A stretch of 64,000 nt of DNA, from assembly GCF_036321535.1 (NCBI RefSeq), contig NC_087437.1, forward strand, positions 90,088,001-90,152,000. Direction: 5' to 3'. The notes beneath the pieces are model-generated. The model was not told where the DNA came from. It saw nothing but the letters and a program-made list of their open reading frames with translations, and did not search any database. The number at the start of each line of letters is the position of its first letter. Positions within the stretch are counted from its first letter, which is position 1. This document shows, piece after piece, positions 27,400 to 41,381 of the stretch. The position numbers were made by a program, and so were the translations under genes. The DNA comes from Camelus dromedarius. Its lineage: Eukaryota.

Positions 27400-27600
27400 A
27401 AAACCCTTTTAAATACATTTTACATCATCACATTATGAAAAGATATTATGAAGGAGATATTGTTATCCTTATATTGTAAATGATGAAACTGACCATAAAG
27501 AGATCATATAACTTCTCTAATACAACATAGCTAGAACATGGCAGAGTCAGAACACAAACCTAGTCTTCTGATCACACATCCAGGACCTTCTCATTATAAG
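27400..27600 (-). mobile_element. MIR SINE
   Basis: GTAAATGATGAAACTGACCATAAAGAG..TAACTTCTCTAATACAACATAGCTAG..GGCAGAGTCAGAACACAAACCTAGTCTTCTGA. Confidence 0.75.
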
Positions 27601-30552
27601 TTTGCTGCTTCCACATCAAAAGGAAATATTTGTTAAACTCTCTAGTGATGTTCTTTCAAAATTCAAATAATATTTTATTGCCAAAATGACAGTCAATTAA
27701 ACCAGGAGCTTAAAACTTTTCAGCCAAAAGAATAAAATTCTCCCTGAGTTTGCAGCTTATAGAAGAATTTAACTATTAATACCCCTGAAAATGTTTTTCA
27801 ATTCAGTAAATCGGGGCTCTGCCGAGATCAAGCTTTTAAAGTAGTTCCTGATATTATCAATAACCCAAGTAACCTAAAGAGGCAAAATAATGTGAAGAAA
27901 AAAAAACTTCACTGGGTCAAGAGAAAATCAAAATGGATGATAGATGCAGATTGTCACAAAAATGCCTTTCAATTAGTTTTGTATTATGCACATCCCTTTA
28001 GTAGTTGCTCTATTTCTTTTTTTAATTTTTGCATCTTACCTGTAGTGAGAAAGTTGTTTCACTATTACTATTTAAGTGTAAGACTATACATTTTTCATGA
28101 TTTTTTTTACCCTGTGCCTTTTAATTTTTTCAGCTTACATATAAATTATATACATACCTATGATCTATGTGAATTTTATATGACAAAGTACTCAGTGGTT
28201 CACAGTGAAAAAACAGTGTTGCATTAATAATGGTACATTTTGTGCAAGGCAATTTGGAAATGCTTCTGCAGCCGCATTATGAGCACGGCAAGAATGAGTA
28301 CCTAGCTACAGCTGAACTAATACAAAAGCTATCCCTGAGTTAACTGGAATAGAAACAATTGCTTCATAGCTTCAAATGATACATCACAAATGTTACAATT
28401 CCACTGGAGTTACAGATGCACAGACTACAAAACAAAGGTTTCCATGTTTCATCTCTAAGAGCTGAAAAAAGATTATTTCCTTAATGTTAGAATTATCCAA
28501 AGCAAGATGTAATTAACTATGAGTAGGAGGATGTTTTCAGTAGCCTTTACATGGAGATTTAGACATATTCAAAATGATGACAGAAGTTTTTGCATGAAAT
28601 TAATTATTTGTTGGAGATAATGCTGGCAGTGTTGTGACTTTCATAAACTGCTGGAAGGTAGCAGCGGTTTCTAAGGATGGTTTGATAATACAGCTGTTAC
28701 ATTCTGAGTGAAGGATTTAAGTCACAAACAGTACCTGCTCTGTCATTTCCTAATATTTTAGTATGAATTCAGAAAGTGATGACTCTTAAAACTGGGTGCT
28801 TTTACAAAAGGAATTATGACACACAGTGTTGACTTTTAGACTATTAGTGAATTGACTGGCCAACTATTTCTTTTATACTCTCAAGAAAAGGCTAAATACT
28901 AGATGGTTAAGCTATCACAAATCTAGAAGCTAGTAAAAAAAATTTCAGGGAAGAGAATGGTGGATATTTTACATCCTACTACTTGACCTTCTAATCAAAC
29001 AATTTTGATGCATAAAATATATTCAGCTTCAACATTTCACCCACAGTCTGACTTCTTGGATTTGGATAAAATGAGCTCCTATCTTCAGCTTACAATTACT
29101 GTGCAATTTAATTCATAGGTTAGCCATTCAGTCAGCTGTAGTTCATCTATTTTGTATTTGTCAAAATGAATTTGGTTATTTCCCCTCAAATTATTGTAGC
29201 TATAAATTTGTCATCTAGTTCTAAGATATAAGTGAGTAATGTTACAACTTACTTAATAAATGATTCTTGGTTTTAGGGGTTACTAATAGTGATTCTAGAG
29301 ATTAAATATAACTTAGATATATAAATTGCTCATATACTTGGAAAGTTTCATGGACCGTTCTCCTCTTAGAAACAATGTGGTAAGCAAAATAAAATATTGT
29401 AATTTTCAAAGACCAGGCCCATTAAAATTTAAGGACATAATTCTAGAAAAAACCCCAAAAAAGTCACAAATTAAAAACATGGTCTCAACTTCTTCTCTTC
29501 ATAATCCTAGCATGTTCATGGATTTATTTCTGAGAGCTATGTTCACATTCTAGGTCAAGCAGGAAGTTCTGGATCTTTTCCCAACTTTTCTTTCTGCTTT
29601 GGAGAAGGTTACTAGGAAATCCTATTAAATAAAATTCTTAAAAGATAGCTTAAAATAAAGATATTTTTGCTGCATTAAGCCTGTATGTAATGATTGAAAA
29701 AATAAATGCTGAAAATAGGGCATAAAAAGATGAAAACACTGTACATTTTCAGCTCTTTTAACTAGCCATTACTGTTTCCAAGAGAGAATCATTAAGTGTG
29801 GTAATTTATAGCTAAACATTCTCTTTTGAACCCTATCTCACTTTTTCTACTTAGATTAATTTGCTTAAGTATGCATGATGGAGAAGGTGGGGCAAAGGTA
29901 CTGATTAGAAATGTACCAACTTATTTTTTGAGTAAACAGTATTTGTGACCTCCTATATTTATATCTTAATAAGACTTGTATTTCTCTTATTTGGAGGAAT
30001 TCCAGATGAACTTTTTTTCTTTTCTATTTTAGCACTCTTTGTAATGCTGTCTTTGAAGCTTTTGGTTCTTATTAAATGGAATCTTAGGTTAACTTGTATT
30101 TTATCAAATTTTATCAACTTATTACTATGTCAAGTCTAGCATAAAATAGCAAGTGTATTATTTGAAATTAACTGTATTTTCAAACGTTTATGAAAATATT
30201 TTATGTAGGTTAGTATGTACCACTTTAGTCACAAACGTGATGATTTTAAACATTAGGAATTATATAAAATCAAAGAGGTTTTTAAATAGGCATAAGAAAA
30301 GCTCACTTATCCAGTAAGAACATGAAAAGTTACATATTTGAATATATTTAAGACACAATTGTTATAATTAGCCTATTTTTCTATTTGGATTTTATAGGAC
30401 ACATTAATATTCTCCTTGAACAAGCAGATGTTAAAAACCATTCAGGAAGCCAGATATAATCCCCTCTCTAAAAAGGATGATGTTGGGATTTATGGCAGAA
30501 AACCCAGAATCCTTTATTTCAGTTTTGTGTTAATACTTGTCAATTAAGACAG

Positions 30553-30610
30553 ATGTGTGTATGTGTGTGTGTGTGTGTATGTATGTGTGTGTGTGTATAT
30601 ATATATATGT
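30553..30610. repeat. Compound (TG)n/(TA)n microsatellite
   Basis: Seen directly. Confidence 0.9.
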
Positions 30611-31137
30611 AAAATACATATAAAATTTTGTTGACCACCAATTCTTTAAAATAGGTGAGAAGTTGAGAGGTAGTGTCATTAAGAAAGAAAAAAGGCATCT
30701 TTTCACTCTTTACATTTATCAAATAATAAATGATCAGTGTTGGAAAGGAATAGATCCCATAACCTATCTCTAGGTTGGTAAGATCTAAATCATTACTGAA
30801 TTTCTTTCACCTAAAGAACAAATCCAAATGCTAAAAAAAGACTGTTGAAACTTCAATCACAATTAAGAGAATTGGAATGTGATCTAGTTTTCTTTTCCTG
30901 TTATTTAAGTCCATTTACCAGGCTGCTTAAGAGTCCTCTGTGTTGTAACTTTTCACAAACTTGATGTTAGCCATGTTCAGGTCTTCTCTTCTAACTCTAT
31001 TAGCTTTAATATGGCTTGAAGCATATTAAAATTTTTATTCCATTCTTTTCAATCCATTTTAAAAAGAAAAAAACTCAATTCATTAAAACAAAACAAAAAC
31101 TCTAATATAATCTCATCAATATTTATAATAGAATGAC

Positions 31138-31580
31138 TGAGATGGCAAATTTTATATGTCAACTTGGGTGGGCTAAGGGATGCCCAGGTACCGTGTAAAA
31201 CATTATTTCTGGGTGTGTCTGTGAGAGCATTTCTGGAAGAGATTAGCACTTGATTTGGTAGACTGGGAAAAGATGGTTACTCTCACCAATGTGAGTAGGC
31301 ACCATCCAGTCCTTTGAGAGCCTGAATAGAACAAGGAGGCAGAGAAAGGGCAAAACCACTCTGTTTTTAGCTGGGACATCCATCGTCTCCTGCCCTCTGA
31401 CATCAAACTCATTATTCTCAGACTTTCCTGATTCTTCAGCTTTTAGACAGCAGATCATAGAACTTCTTGGCCTCCATAACTGTGTGAACCAATTCTTATG
31501 ATAAATATCTATCTATCTATATGTATATCTATATCTATCTATATTCTATTGGTTCTGTTTCTTTGGAGAACCCTGACATA
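31138..31580 (+). mobile_element. MLT2 (ERVL) solo LTR, near full length, with internal (TCTA)n
   Basis: Starts TGAGATGGCAAATTTTATATGTCAACTTG, contains TCTGGGTGTGTCTGTGAGAGCATTTCTGGAAGAGATTAGC, ends TATTGGTTCTGTTTCTTTGGAGAACCCTGAC. Confidence 0.92.
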
Positions 31581-32644
31581 TCTTGCCTAGGTCCCATCTC
31601 TACCATGTCATATTGTTATTAATCTGGGGTCATATAGGATTTGACTGTCATATTTTTTTTTTCAGCTTTTGTCCACTAGGAACGTCTGATCTTCTGACCT
31701 TTTTTTTTTTTTTTTGAGTCTCTTCAGACATAAACTAATAGCTGTTTTATCCCATAGTGCATCTAATATGTTAACATCTGTCAAATTTACATACTCTCAA
31801 CGTTTCTTACATTTAGGACCATTTGTACAATCCTCTTTATAAAACTGAGCCATTTAAAAAAGTAATACTTTTCTTTCTTACTTCTTACTTTTTTAGAGAG
31901 GGTGTTTCAAGTTTTGGAAAAAGATGAAATAATCTTTCAAGTTCTTTCCTTTGTTTTTAAGAGTCTACTATCTCTGTATGGTTTTGACTATAATACAAAA
32001 TAAGTATTATTTTAATCTCAAATCAGTTAAATTACAAATGCTACTTTGAGATTCTGATGAGTGGTATTTTAAAAGTCTGAGCCTAATTTATTTCAAAATT
32101 TCTCTAAATAAATAAACAAGGTATATTTCTCTCAAAAATCTCTCCACTGCTGTGTTAACTTATTGGCAGTATTCTACATGTTAACATGTAATAATAATGA
32201 CAATAATAATTATATTATCATCATCATAATTATTATTATTTCTCTTTATTGTGGTTTTAAAGCATAATATACAGGCAAGCAGGTTTTACTTCTACCAGGA
32301 ATTGGGCGAAAAAGGACAAGGAAGAAAAAGGATTAAAACAGGTACTGGCTGATACTAAAGGCTCTTTAAATAAAAGACAATAGTTGAATCTGAAAGGGAA
32401 GCTCAAGTATAAATTTTCAGAAAAGGAATTAGTATCTGCAACCTGGCAAATCTGCTGATGTAGAAACAAACAAGTTACTACAGGGTGATTAGATTCATAC
32501 ACAAAATTTAAAACTCAGTAAATGAAACTAAGACTGAGAGAATGCGTAGCAATGAGAGTGGCCTTGATGAACTTTAGAGGGTATACACCAGGCTCAGCCC
32601 ACTGGCAATCACAGGGACTAGAGTAATTCTGATGACAAAATAAT

Positions 32645-32870
32645 GAGTTGCTAATTGAGACAAACATCCAACGGCCACCCTCCAACTTCTGTTTCCCTGC
32701 TAACAGACACATGCTTTGGCTCTAATACCATTTGCTTCAAGGGAGGTTGAGTGCCTCCATAGTCTCAGAGGTGAATTTAGATTATTCTAGGTTGGCCTGT
32801 TATGACACTTTATTCCCCTTTCCTATCCTTGGTTTACAGAGAGACATAGGCTAAGATTAATAAATGAGTC
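32645..32870 (+). mobile_element. MLT1J-like LTR 5' fragment
   Basis: TTCCCTGCTAACAGAC..AGGGAGGTTGAG..TATTCCCCTT..TGGTTTA resembles the recalled MLT1J 5' part. Confidence 0.45.
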
Positions 32871-35284
32871 CACATACCTTCAAAATGTATACAAATGTGC
32901 AAAGATCTTTATATATGAATAGTTCCATTAAACATTAATACAAGCAGGAGTGAAAGGAAGCTATAATATGGAAGTATTTTAAAAGATTGATGTGCTGTTT
33001 TAATTGTAAATGATTAATCCTGCTTCTGGCATTCAGGAATAATGATGATTTTTGTTTTTTGAAGAGAGATTTTTTCAGCACATTGCAAAACTTTAAAAGT
33101 AACATGAATTGTTATTACAATCCTGTGTGGCTCATGTATATTTATATATGCATTCTAAAAGTTTTATATATGCAGATTATAATGCATAATTAAATAACAC
33201 TTTTAATTAAAATGTAGAAGTGAAATATATGTGTACACAAAAAAACTTGCATTGAACTCTAATGTCAATCCCTTAGGGAAAGAACAAAGACACAACTGAA
33301 GTTATCACTGACAAGTAAGGTACAAACTTTCTAGGTTATTTTCTTTCCCATTTTTTTTTCTATAAAACAATAGCAATAGAAAATGTCAAGAAACAGATTA
33401 AATGAATCTTTGTTTTGATACTTAATGCCACCATACTGATTAAACAGAAAGGGAATTATATGCCATATTTACTTGCATAATTGCTGCCCTTTTCTTTCTT
33501 GCTTTGTAAACCACTCAATTCAAATTAACCTATACAAAAGTCCACATACAGCAATTATGCACGGTGACCAATTTGTGAGTAAATACAGCAAATGAACCAA
33601 AATACTGTAAACATCAGCAAAGCACAAATAGTGTGCTGAATTAAAAACAAAAAATAAAAAACAAAAAACTAACTGGAAGTGAAAAGGAGAAGATGTAAAA
33701 CCATTAGGTAGAGGTAATCAGTTTGCACGTACATTTGGAGGACACATGGCAAACTTATCACAAATAACTTAGTAATCAGTAGGCAACTTGAGAAGAAACC
33801 TAAGAGAGTAAATGTTTCTCATCCTTCTTGGGCTTTGAAAACATGATTCTTCTGCATGAATTAATTTCTACATGTTAAATAAAGAAGTTGAAGAGATAAC
33901 AACCATAATTTAAGTTAGCTCCCAAATACTGCCTACACTCAAAAAGAGAAACACTTGTCTATAGAAATACATTAAAACAATAAGCAGTAAATGATGATCA
34001 CTTTTAATGCCAAATGCTCTATTTTTAACAGCAGGAACAAACACAAAGAGAATATAATCATAGAGGGTGGACTGAAAGCAGAGAGCTCCACATGGGGTAA
34101 AACCCCCCAGATTCCCAAATGTTCCTCAGTTCTACCTGTCTTGTAGCCTAGAATTCTTTGATCTTGTATGTCTTTTCTCAAAGTCAAATGATAGCATTTC
34201 ATCTTCACCTTGAGTCTTATATTCTTCTAATCAGTAAGTCTAAAAATACAAGCATTCATATTTTGCTTTAGGTAAAGAGTGTATTAATTTTTATTCTTCT
34301 AATTAAATAACAACAAAAATTACACATATTTTATTAATGTCATAGCAAGTGAGAATCTGTGATATCAAAACTGTTAGCAGGTCTGTGGTTCACAAAATTA
34401 CCCCAAAATATTTACCTTGTCTTTAAAAAACTGAAACTCAAATATAGCACTTATCATAAGCCAACAAAGGTACAGTAAGCATCAACTCTGACAAATTAAA
34501 AACAGAAACCAAAGAAATTTCATTTGCTTCATTCAGTGCCATCCTTCTCTGAATCACAGTTTAATTCCCCTCACCTTTTTTTGTTATTGTTAAAGTAATA
34601 TGATTGGCAAAAATATTTTATGGCTCTCTGTACCTAGATGCGAAGATTTTCTATTTCACTTTTTCATTATTTTGCCTCCACTATCATCCATTTCTAACAA
34701 TTTCCAACTGGAAACCTGAAAGAAAAAAATGGGTCTTGGTTTTGTAATAAAACACATTGCATGTCTCTTTGCAGAGGAGTGGTTTGGGCTATAAATTCCT
34801 TTCCTTCCATAGGACATCCAAATAGAAACCTTGAAAATTTCATCATCATGTTACCGCATATTCACCATAGAAATTAAAGTAAGTCACTTATGTCCTGTCT
34901 TTCATTTTTTATGCATTATTGTCTAATTTGGAATGTAGAACTAAACTTAAAGTATACTTAGCAGTTAATGATTGGAAGAAATACATCAGAAAATGAAATC
35001 CATATCAGACACGGGTAAGTAGGTGCCTGTATAAGATCAAAAGAGCGTCATTAGGCATTATTTCTAATTTTAGTTCAGCAAAAGTTTGAAAGAGAACTCA
35101 GTGCCAGTGTAGGCATGTTAAATAACAAGTAGGTCTTCTTTCTTAGTCTGCCTGCCTTTAAAACCATCTCAGAAAGAAACCTTGACATGTGCCTCACTTT
35201 TTAAATGGACCCTCTTTCCATGGTGAAAACTATTTTATCTCATGAAGCTTTGGCACGATTTGTCATCAGTCATTTGATTCAGTA

Positions 35285-35475
35285 TAGGGGTCCTCAAACT
35301 ATGGACCTGAGGTCACTAACACTGGCACATCTGCTGTGAGCTTGTTGGATATGCACACTCACAGGCTCTGTCCTGACCTGTGGAATCAGAAAGCCTGTAG
35401 ATGCAGGAGGTCAGACGCCTGGGTTTGAAAACTCCCCGCGTTATTCTGAAACATGTCAAAGTTTGGGAATCACTG
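35285..35475. mobile_element. MER5A-like hAT-Charlie MITE
   Basis: Termini TAGGGGTCCTCAAACT / AGTTTGGGAATCACTG, internal GAGCTTGTTGGATATGCA and GAATCAGAAA; about 190 bp. Confidence 0.8.
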
Positions 35476-36539
35476 GTTTAGAGGATGCCAAGCTTAATTA
35501 TTAAAAAGGCAGTTTATTATTATTATTGTTGTTGTTTTAATATTATTATGATTAGTTGTAGTAGTAGTAGCCATATTTCTATGATGGGTCCTAAGATGTT
35601 ATATTTATTGCAATTATACAAGATGCATGAAAATTTGTTGGAAATGCTAAGTGGCACCTGTCATGATATCATGGAGGACATTCATCCATAAGAAGAGGAG
35701 AAAAATGAGTCTTCATTCCACCCAGCTTAAGCCTCTATTGTTCAACATTCAAGACTCAAAGTGGTCTCTCAAACTTGATATTCTAGAACTCAAGATCAAG
35801 CAGCCCATAACAATAAGTGACAGCGGTCTTTAGCCCATGTTTTTTTCACAGCATATGGTCAGTATTATGTGATGAATAGATGGTCTACATGAGTGAGGCC
35901 AATGTTTCAGTGTGGAAATATGAGTATCCACAGAACAGGTCAGTCTAAAACAGTGGACAACAAAATTGCTTTTGTACTTGTCTGGAATCTTTGCACTCTT
36001 TGTTTTCTAACCCTACTCATTTTTTCTCTCAAAATGAGCCAGTAAGATTTAAAAATTAGGATAGTGGGTCAAACATAATCGAATATTGAGAAAAAGTATA
36101 GATGGAGAAGCTACAGGCTCTACTATTGTTAGACAGTCAGTATCTTTTACTTCTAAATTATTAGAAGAGGAAATTCTTCCTGTAACCACCTCAGTAATGC
36201 TCAGCTGCCACTATAAACACTATTTTGAAGGGAGGGAGAGTGCAGTTTAAATTTTACATCTGAGTTAATTAATTTTTTCACTTCCTGATTGTTTAAATTG
36301 CTACAAGAATTACTCAATTCACTAGAAATATGAACAAGCCATATATTCTTTTACATAAAAATGTTTTTTGGATAAGCAGGATACAGTCTAAGATTCAATG
36401 GCAATAAAAGAAACGTAAAAAAAGTTTTTATCACAGTGATCACTCTCTGGGTCTAACCCAACTAAAATAGGTAACACTCGTCATAAGTGAAAAAAAGTGA
36501 CACTTGCCTAGCAGTTTTTTTTTGTTTGTTTGTTTTTAA

Positions 36540-36820
36540 TTAATGGGAATTATTTTCATATACTTTCAAGTTTGCAGAAAATTGAAAGGAAAGTATAGAA
36601 GAGTTCCCATATACCCTCCACCCCACTAGTATCTTCCATCACTGTGGTACCTTTGTTACAACTGATGAACCAATACTGATACTTTATTATTAACTAAATC
36701 CACAGTTTACAATGGGGCTCACTCTCTGCGTTGTATAGTCTATGGATGTTGACAAATGTATAACAACATGTATCCACCAATGATATTCAGAATAGTTTCA
36801 CTGCTCTAAAATCCCCTGAT
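36540..36820 (-). mobile_element. Ancient L1 (L1MC/L1MD-type) 3'UTR fragment
   Basis: GAGTTCCCATATACCC, TTGTTACAACTGATGAACCAATACTGATAC, TTGACAAATGTATAACAACATGTATCCACC, AGAATAGTTTCACTGCTCTAAAATCCCCTG. Confidence 0.85.
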
Positions 36821-37001
36821 CAGACTTATTTTTTAATTATGTTATACTGATAAAGACAGTTTAAAATCCATTTGGGATAGTTATAGGCGATATTTAACGT
36901 TCATTCTTTACTGAACTCTAAAGAATGTTTCCAGTAAAGCTTATACTTACATAAAAATATATGAGAAGATGGTATAGTTCAAGCTCTAACACCTTGCTGC
37001 T

Positions 37002-37164
37002 TGTCTGAGGTTGCTCCATCTGCTATAACAAATTCCCATAGCCTGGGTGGCTTAAACAACAATTATTTATTTCTCACAGTTCTGGAGGCTGAAAGGTCGA
37101 AAATCAAATCTATCTTGCCAACATTTTGATTTTGGACTTTTCAGCCTTCAAAACTGTGAGAAAT
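37002..37164. mobile_element. MLT1 (A-C type) LTR end on minus strand plus an inverted copy of part of it
   Basis: CTGCTATAACAAATTCCCATAGCCTGGGTGGCTTAAACAAC..ATTTATTTCTCACAGTTCTGGAGGCTG is the antisense MLT1 3' end. 37125-37164 is the reverse complement of 37069-37108. Confidence 0.85.
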
Positions 37165-39099
37165 CAGAGTAAAATGTGAATGAACAAGAAGAAAATAAAA
37201 GGCAGGATTTGCAAACAAGTTTTGACATATGAATTTAGTTAGTTTCCACGTTGATTTTGTTGGAATGCACTATGCAATGTGCAACAGCTGGTAAAGAATG
37301 TATGAATACAAAGTGCAAATTTTTATGACTTTAAAATTTAAAACTCAAGGCTTTCCTGTTTCCTCGTCTTACCATGTTTGATGAACTTTTTATAAGCTTT
37401 TCAATCATCTATAAAAATTGAATGTTTTTCTATACATTAGCATTTAGTCATCTTATGCAGTATTTCAAACTGGAAGTCCACAGCACAGACTTTTATAACC
37501 AAAGCCTTTGCTTGAATAGAGCACAACTGAAAAGTAAAGCTGAGTGTTAGTCAAAAGTTAAGACTCAGCCTACTTTTCATTATCCTTTTAATGAGCCTAA
37601 GATTAACTTTGCAGGGACAAGATGTTGAGACTGCCTGGGATATGGGACATTCTCCTGACACAGTATTTAACTTCAGAATTGTTAATGACTGAAAGTTTTC
37701 AATTTATGCATTTCGTATGCATGTATCTACATCAATATTTATTATATGACACAGTATTATTTAATCAGAAAAAATAAATTGTATAGGCATACTTTCATGA
37801 AACTTTTTTTTTTCACATTTAAGACCTGCCCCTCATCCTCACACAAACGCTCGATTGCTCTACACAGCACCCTGACTTCTGTCTTCTCATTGCTCATTTG
37901 GGGTCAGACTAGCACGGGCAAAGCAAGCCCTGAAGAGCAGTGGCAATTTAAGGTCATTTACAAAATGTATGGGGCCCAGTTCAATAATCCTTTTCTGCTG
38001 TATAATTCATTGTGCATATGTAAAATATTTCTATTTTCTAACATCTCTGCAGGATACACACAGAAATCTTTATTTTCATGAGTCTAAGGTCTTCTGCCTC
38101 TAACAGTACTGTACCTTTTTAAAATGGAAAATACAGTGAGTTAAGAAATATAAGTTTGACTGTATAGGTAAATAAAGAACAATTTAACTGAAAGATTATC
38201 ATCAAAAGCATAAAAATAATTGAATAATGAAAAATTTCAAAATATTATATTTAGTTCATGCTACAAGTATATGAATTCCCTATAAGTTAGAAAACTCTGG
38301 AAATAAGGTTTTTAGGGGTATTTACTTTTTTTAAAAAAATGGATTTTAGACCTCTGGGCTTCATTCCTATTACAAAAGAACAAAATTTTAAATCACAGCA
38401 TATATTCATCAAGCTATTTTATAAGGAAATAAATATGCATGTATAGGAAAAGTTAAATTTTTAGCCAAGAAATGTTTTGGTATAAAACAACATGATGATT
38501 TTCTGTCCTCTGGGGAGTTCTATTTTAATTCTTTAGCTTCTAAATGGCATTGGCATTACTATGATGTTGCTTAATCTAGCATGAAATGCCACAATAAATA
38601 ATATATTATACACTGCTCCCCCCACAAATTTGCAATAATTAAATATTCTTGCTGCTTTATCCCTAAGAGAAACTCTAATGTATTTATGTATGATTCTGAC
38701 AACACATCTCTCTCTTACAGGCTTTGATCTTACTGCAGATGAGCCTTTAAATCCCTTATTTGTATACAAATCATAACCATAAAATCAAGGCATTAGGCTA
38801 AAATTTTGTTTGAAGTACATAGCTTATATCAGAAATGTAATTAATAGCTCTCATGAACTCATGCTATAAAATGTGCAGCATTAGTAATATTGAGTAAAGT
38901 GTGTCTAAATGTCTCTTAAAATATACTACCACTAAAATGAAAAACAGAGGAAAAGTACCCAAAGAATCTGTATAAAAGAGATTTTCTATCAACTATTTTA
39001 TCTTTTCTATTCATTTGTAGAAAAAATAGTCAGTGGGACAGTTAATAGACTTTTTTCTTCATTGAACGTACGATTTCCTAGGCCAGGTTTGGCAAAGCC

Positions 39100-39219
39100 T
39101 ATTTGTTTATCCATTTTCAAGACTTCTTGAATTGGAATTCCTGAATGGGAGGACCCTAGAAACACGTTTAAACAAACACTTTTGGTGATTCTTATGTGCA
39201 CTAAGTTTGAGAACCATGG
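39100..39219. mobile_element. MER5-like MITE fragment
   Basis: GGTGATTCTTATGTGCACTAAGTTTGAGAACCATGG terminus. Confidence 0.65.
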
Positions 39220-39964
39220 CTTTAAACTATGTATATAGATGCATTCAAATATTTTGTACCAAACATCTCTCTTTCTACATCTCCTGAAGATGCGGAGGGT
39301 AAGTAAATTGATACCAGGTTCTTTGAAAGTCAATGAGACGACCACTGCTTATAGGTATGATGATAAAATATCTATGTATACAGAGTTAAACACAAAGTTT
39401 TATAGTGGAGATAACACTACACGTAACAAACTCTCAGTGGTTCAGATTGAGGTTCTTTAAAATTAATGTCATGCCAAAATTGCCTGGTCAACACTTGCAC
39501 TTTACAAACTTCTTTCAGTTTTGCAACACTTATTTTTTTAAACTAAAGAACACACACATTCTTCTGGCTAATAGTCAGACTTTCAGCTAATAATTGAAAA
39601 CAACTTGATAGAGTTCTCAGGAAAAGTTATGCCTCTAATATAGGAAAAACAAACAAACAAAAAACCACGTTATGCTTGAAGGAGGAATAGCATTTCCCCT
39701 TCACTCTTTTTCCCAGTTACACAGAGGCAGAAAAAGGAGAGTGTCAGAAATATATGAGAAATGACAGGCAATGTAAGGTAAAGTTTGAATAGAAAATGTG
39801 AAAAGCTTGAGATGGTTGCAGAAATCCATAGGGGAACTGGTAAAGTGCTTATTAGAATTATCAGCTTTAAGAATTCCATAATAAAAATGTAAATCAAAAG
39901 TTGCTCCTGGATTGCTTAGCCAGCAGAAAGAACTGAGACTACAGGATTGAACAGTGCTCTACAG

Positions 39965-40013
39965 ACAGAAAAAAAGAAAGAAAGAAAGAAAAAAATCCAA
40001 CACATACAGGTTG

Positions 40014-40049
<36 letters not shown>

Positions 40050-40075
40050 CAGGAAAGAGAGGAGAGAAAAGAAAA
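39965..40075. repeat. Purine-rich (GAAA)n/(GA)n simple repeat
   Basis: Seen directly. Confidence 0.85.
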
Positions 40076-41381
40076 CATGAAATCCTTCAGAATTTTGAGG
40101 GGAACTGTCTCCTAACTCTAGTTTTACTTATATAATAAACATTTTATTGGACAGATCAAAATGACATAGTTGCCCTGACCATTGAATGGCCACCATTCAT
40201 ATCTGTAAAGTGTTAATGTTTTCAAGTCTGCTTTTTTCCGTCTTTATGAAGAATTTACCTAAGTAGGTTTTTACCCAACAATGTTTATTTGCTAACTCTT
40301 GTTGAAGTCTTTGGTTTTGCTGAAGATCATTTCACCATGGTGTTAATTACTCAGTGGATTGTTACAGTTAGAGAAGTTTGCCTTAAAGGAGATCATATGA
40401 TCAGCTATGATCATTCACTAATTTCACAAGTGAATTGATTTATCAAAATATCTTACCAGTCTCCTGGCCAGCACCGAAATGCATGAAACATAGAATTGTG
40501 TTTCCATACCAAAATGTATAAATGAAATAGAAGCCCCTCTATCCACACTTTCCCTATTCTTGCCCATTTCATTTTCTTACAGCTGGACATTTCTTCACCT
40601 TAATCATATGTGCAAACTAAGGAAAATGTACTTGCTTCTGAATGTGGGCCTATGTAAATTATATACCTACAGAAAAATAGAAAATTATTGCTAAAAAGCA
40701 ATGAAGAAAATTTGTGTTAGCTCAAAAAACTTCCAAGTTTTCTTGAAATGACAAACTTAAAAACATTTTTTTTAAATCAGTGTTTCAGTAATGAAAACCC
40801 ACATCAGTTTGAAACACATGACAATCCTTTCTCAAGCTATACATAATTAGAATGTGGTACATTTTGCTAACTACCTGTACTGTGTGGCCTTAAGCAAGTT
40901 TCATACTATCAACCCCATGTTCTTAATTGTGTGTTCCCATTTTTATTTCCAACAGCAGAATAATTTTGCAGGAAGGGATACTTCTCTTCTCCACTAGAGT
41001 TTCACTTGCCCTTTATTAGAGACTGTACCAGGTTGATTTAATTATACCTTTTCCATTAAATTGGTCACTCAAGAGCAAGATAGAAAATTGAACTAGCTTG
41101 GGACTAGAAGACTTCAGTTACAGTCTTAATACAAACTGATCATGTGCCATGAAGAGAATTGATCTTATGGTTTGGATTTGCAACTTTCTACCTCTAAAAA
41201 CTTTGCTCGTTCTAAAATTCTAGAGTTTATCTACTGTGTATTACTGATTTTCACTTAATAAACCACAATTTCAATAAAATTCTTCTGATTCAAAATTCCC
41301 TTTTTTTGGTAAACTTCTTACAAAAAATTGTGATATGCATGATATGACATCTTTCTTGAAATGATGCTTTTAATCTAAATT

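Noticed and set aside
28302..28424. Possible minus-strand exon (acceptor CCTTTGTTTTGTAG, donor GTACTC)
   Set aside because: Stops in all three frames and a weak donor.
38030..38141. Strong plus-strand acceptor TCTAACATCTCTGCAG with a downstream GTGAGT
   Set aside because: The first frame hits a stop, no peptide was recognisable, and there is no other support.
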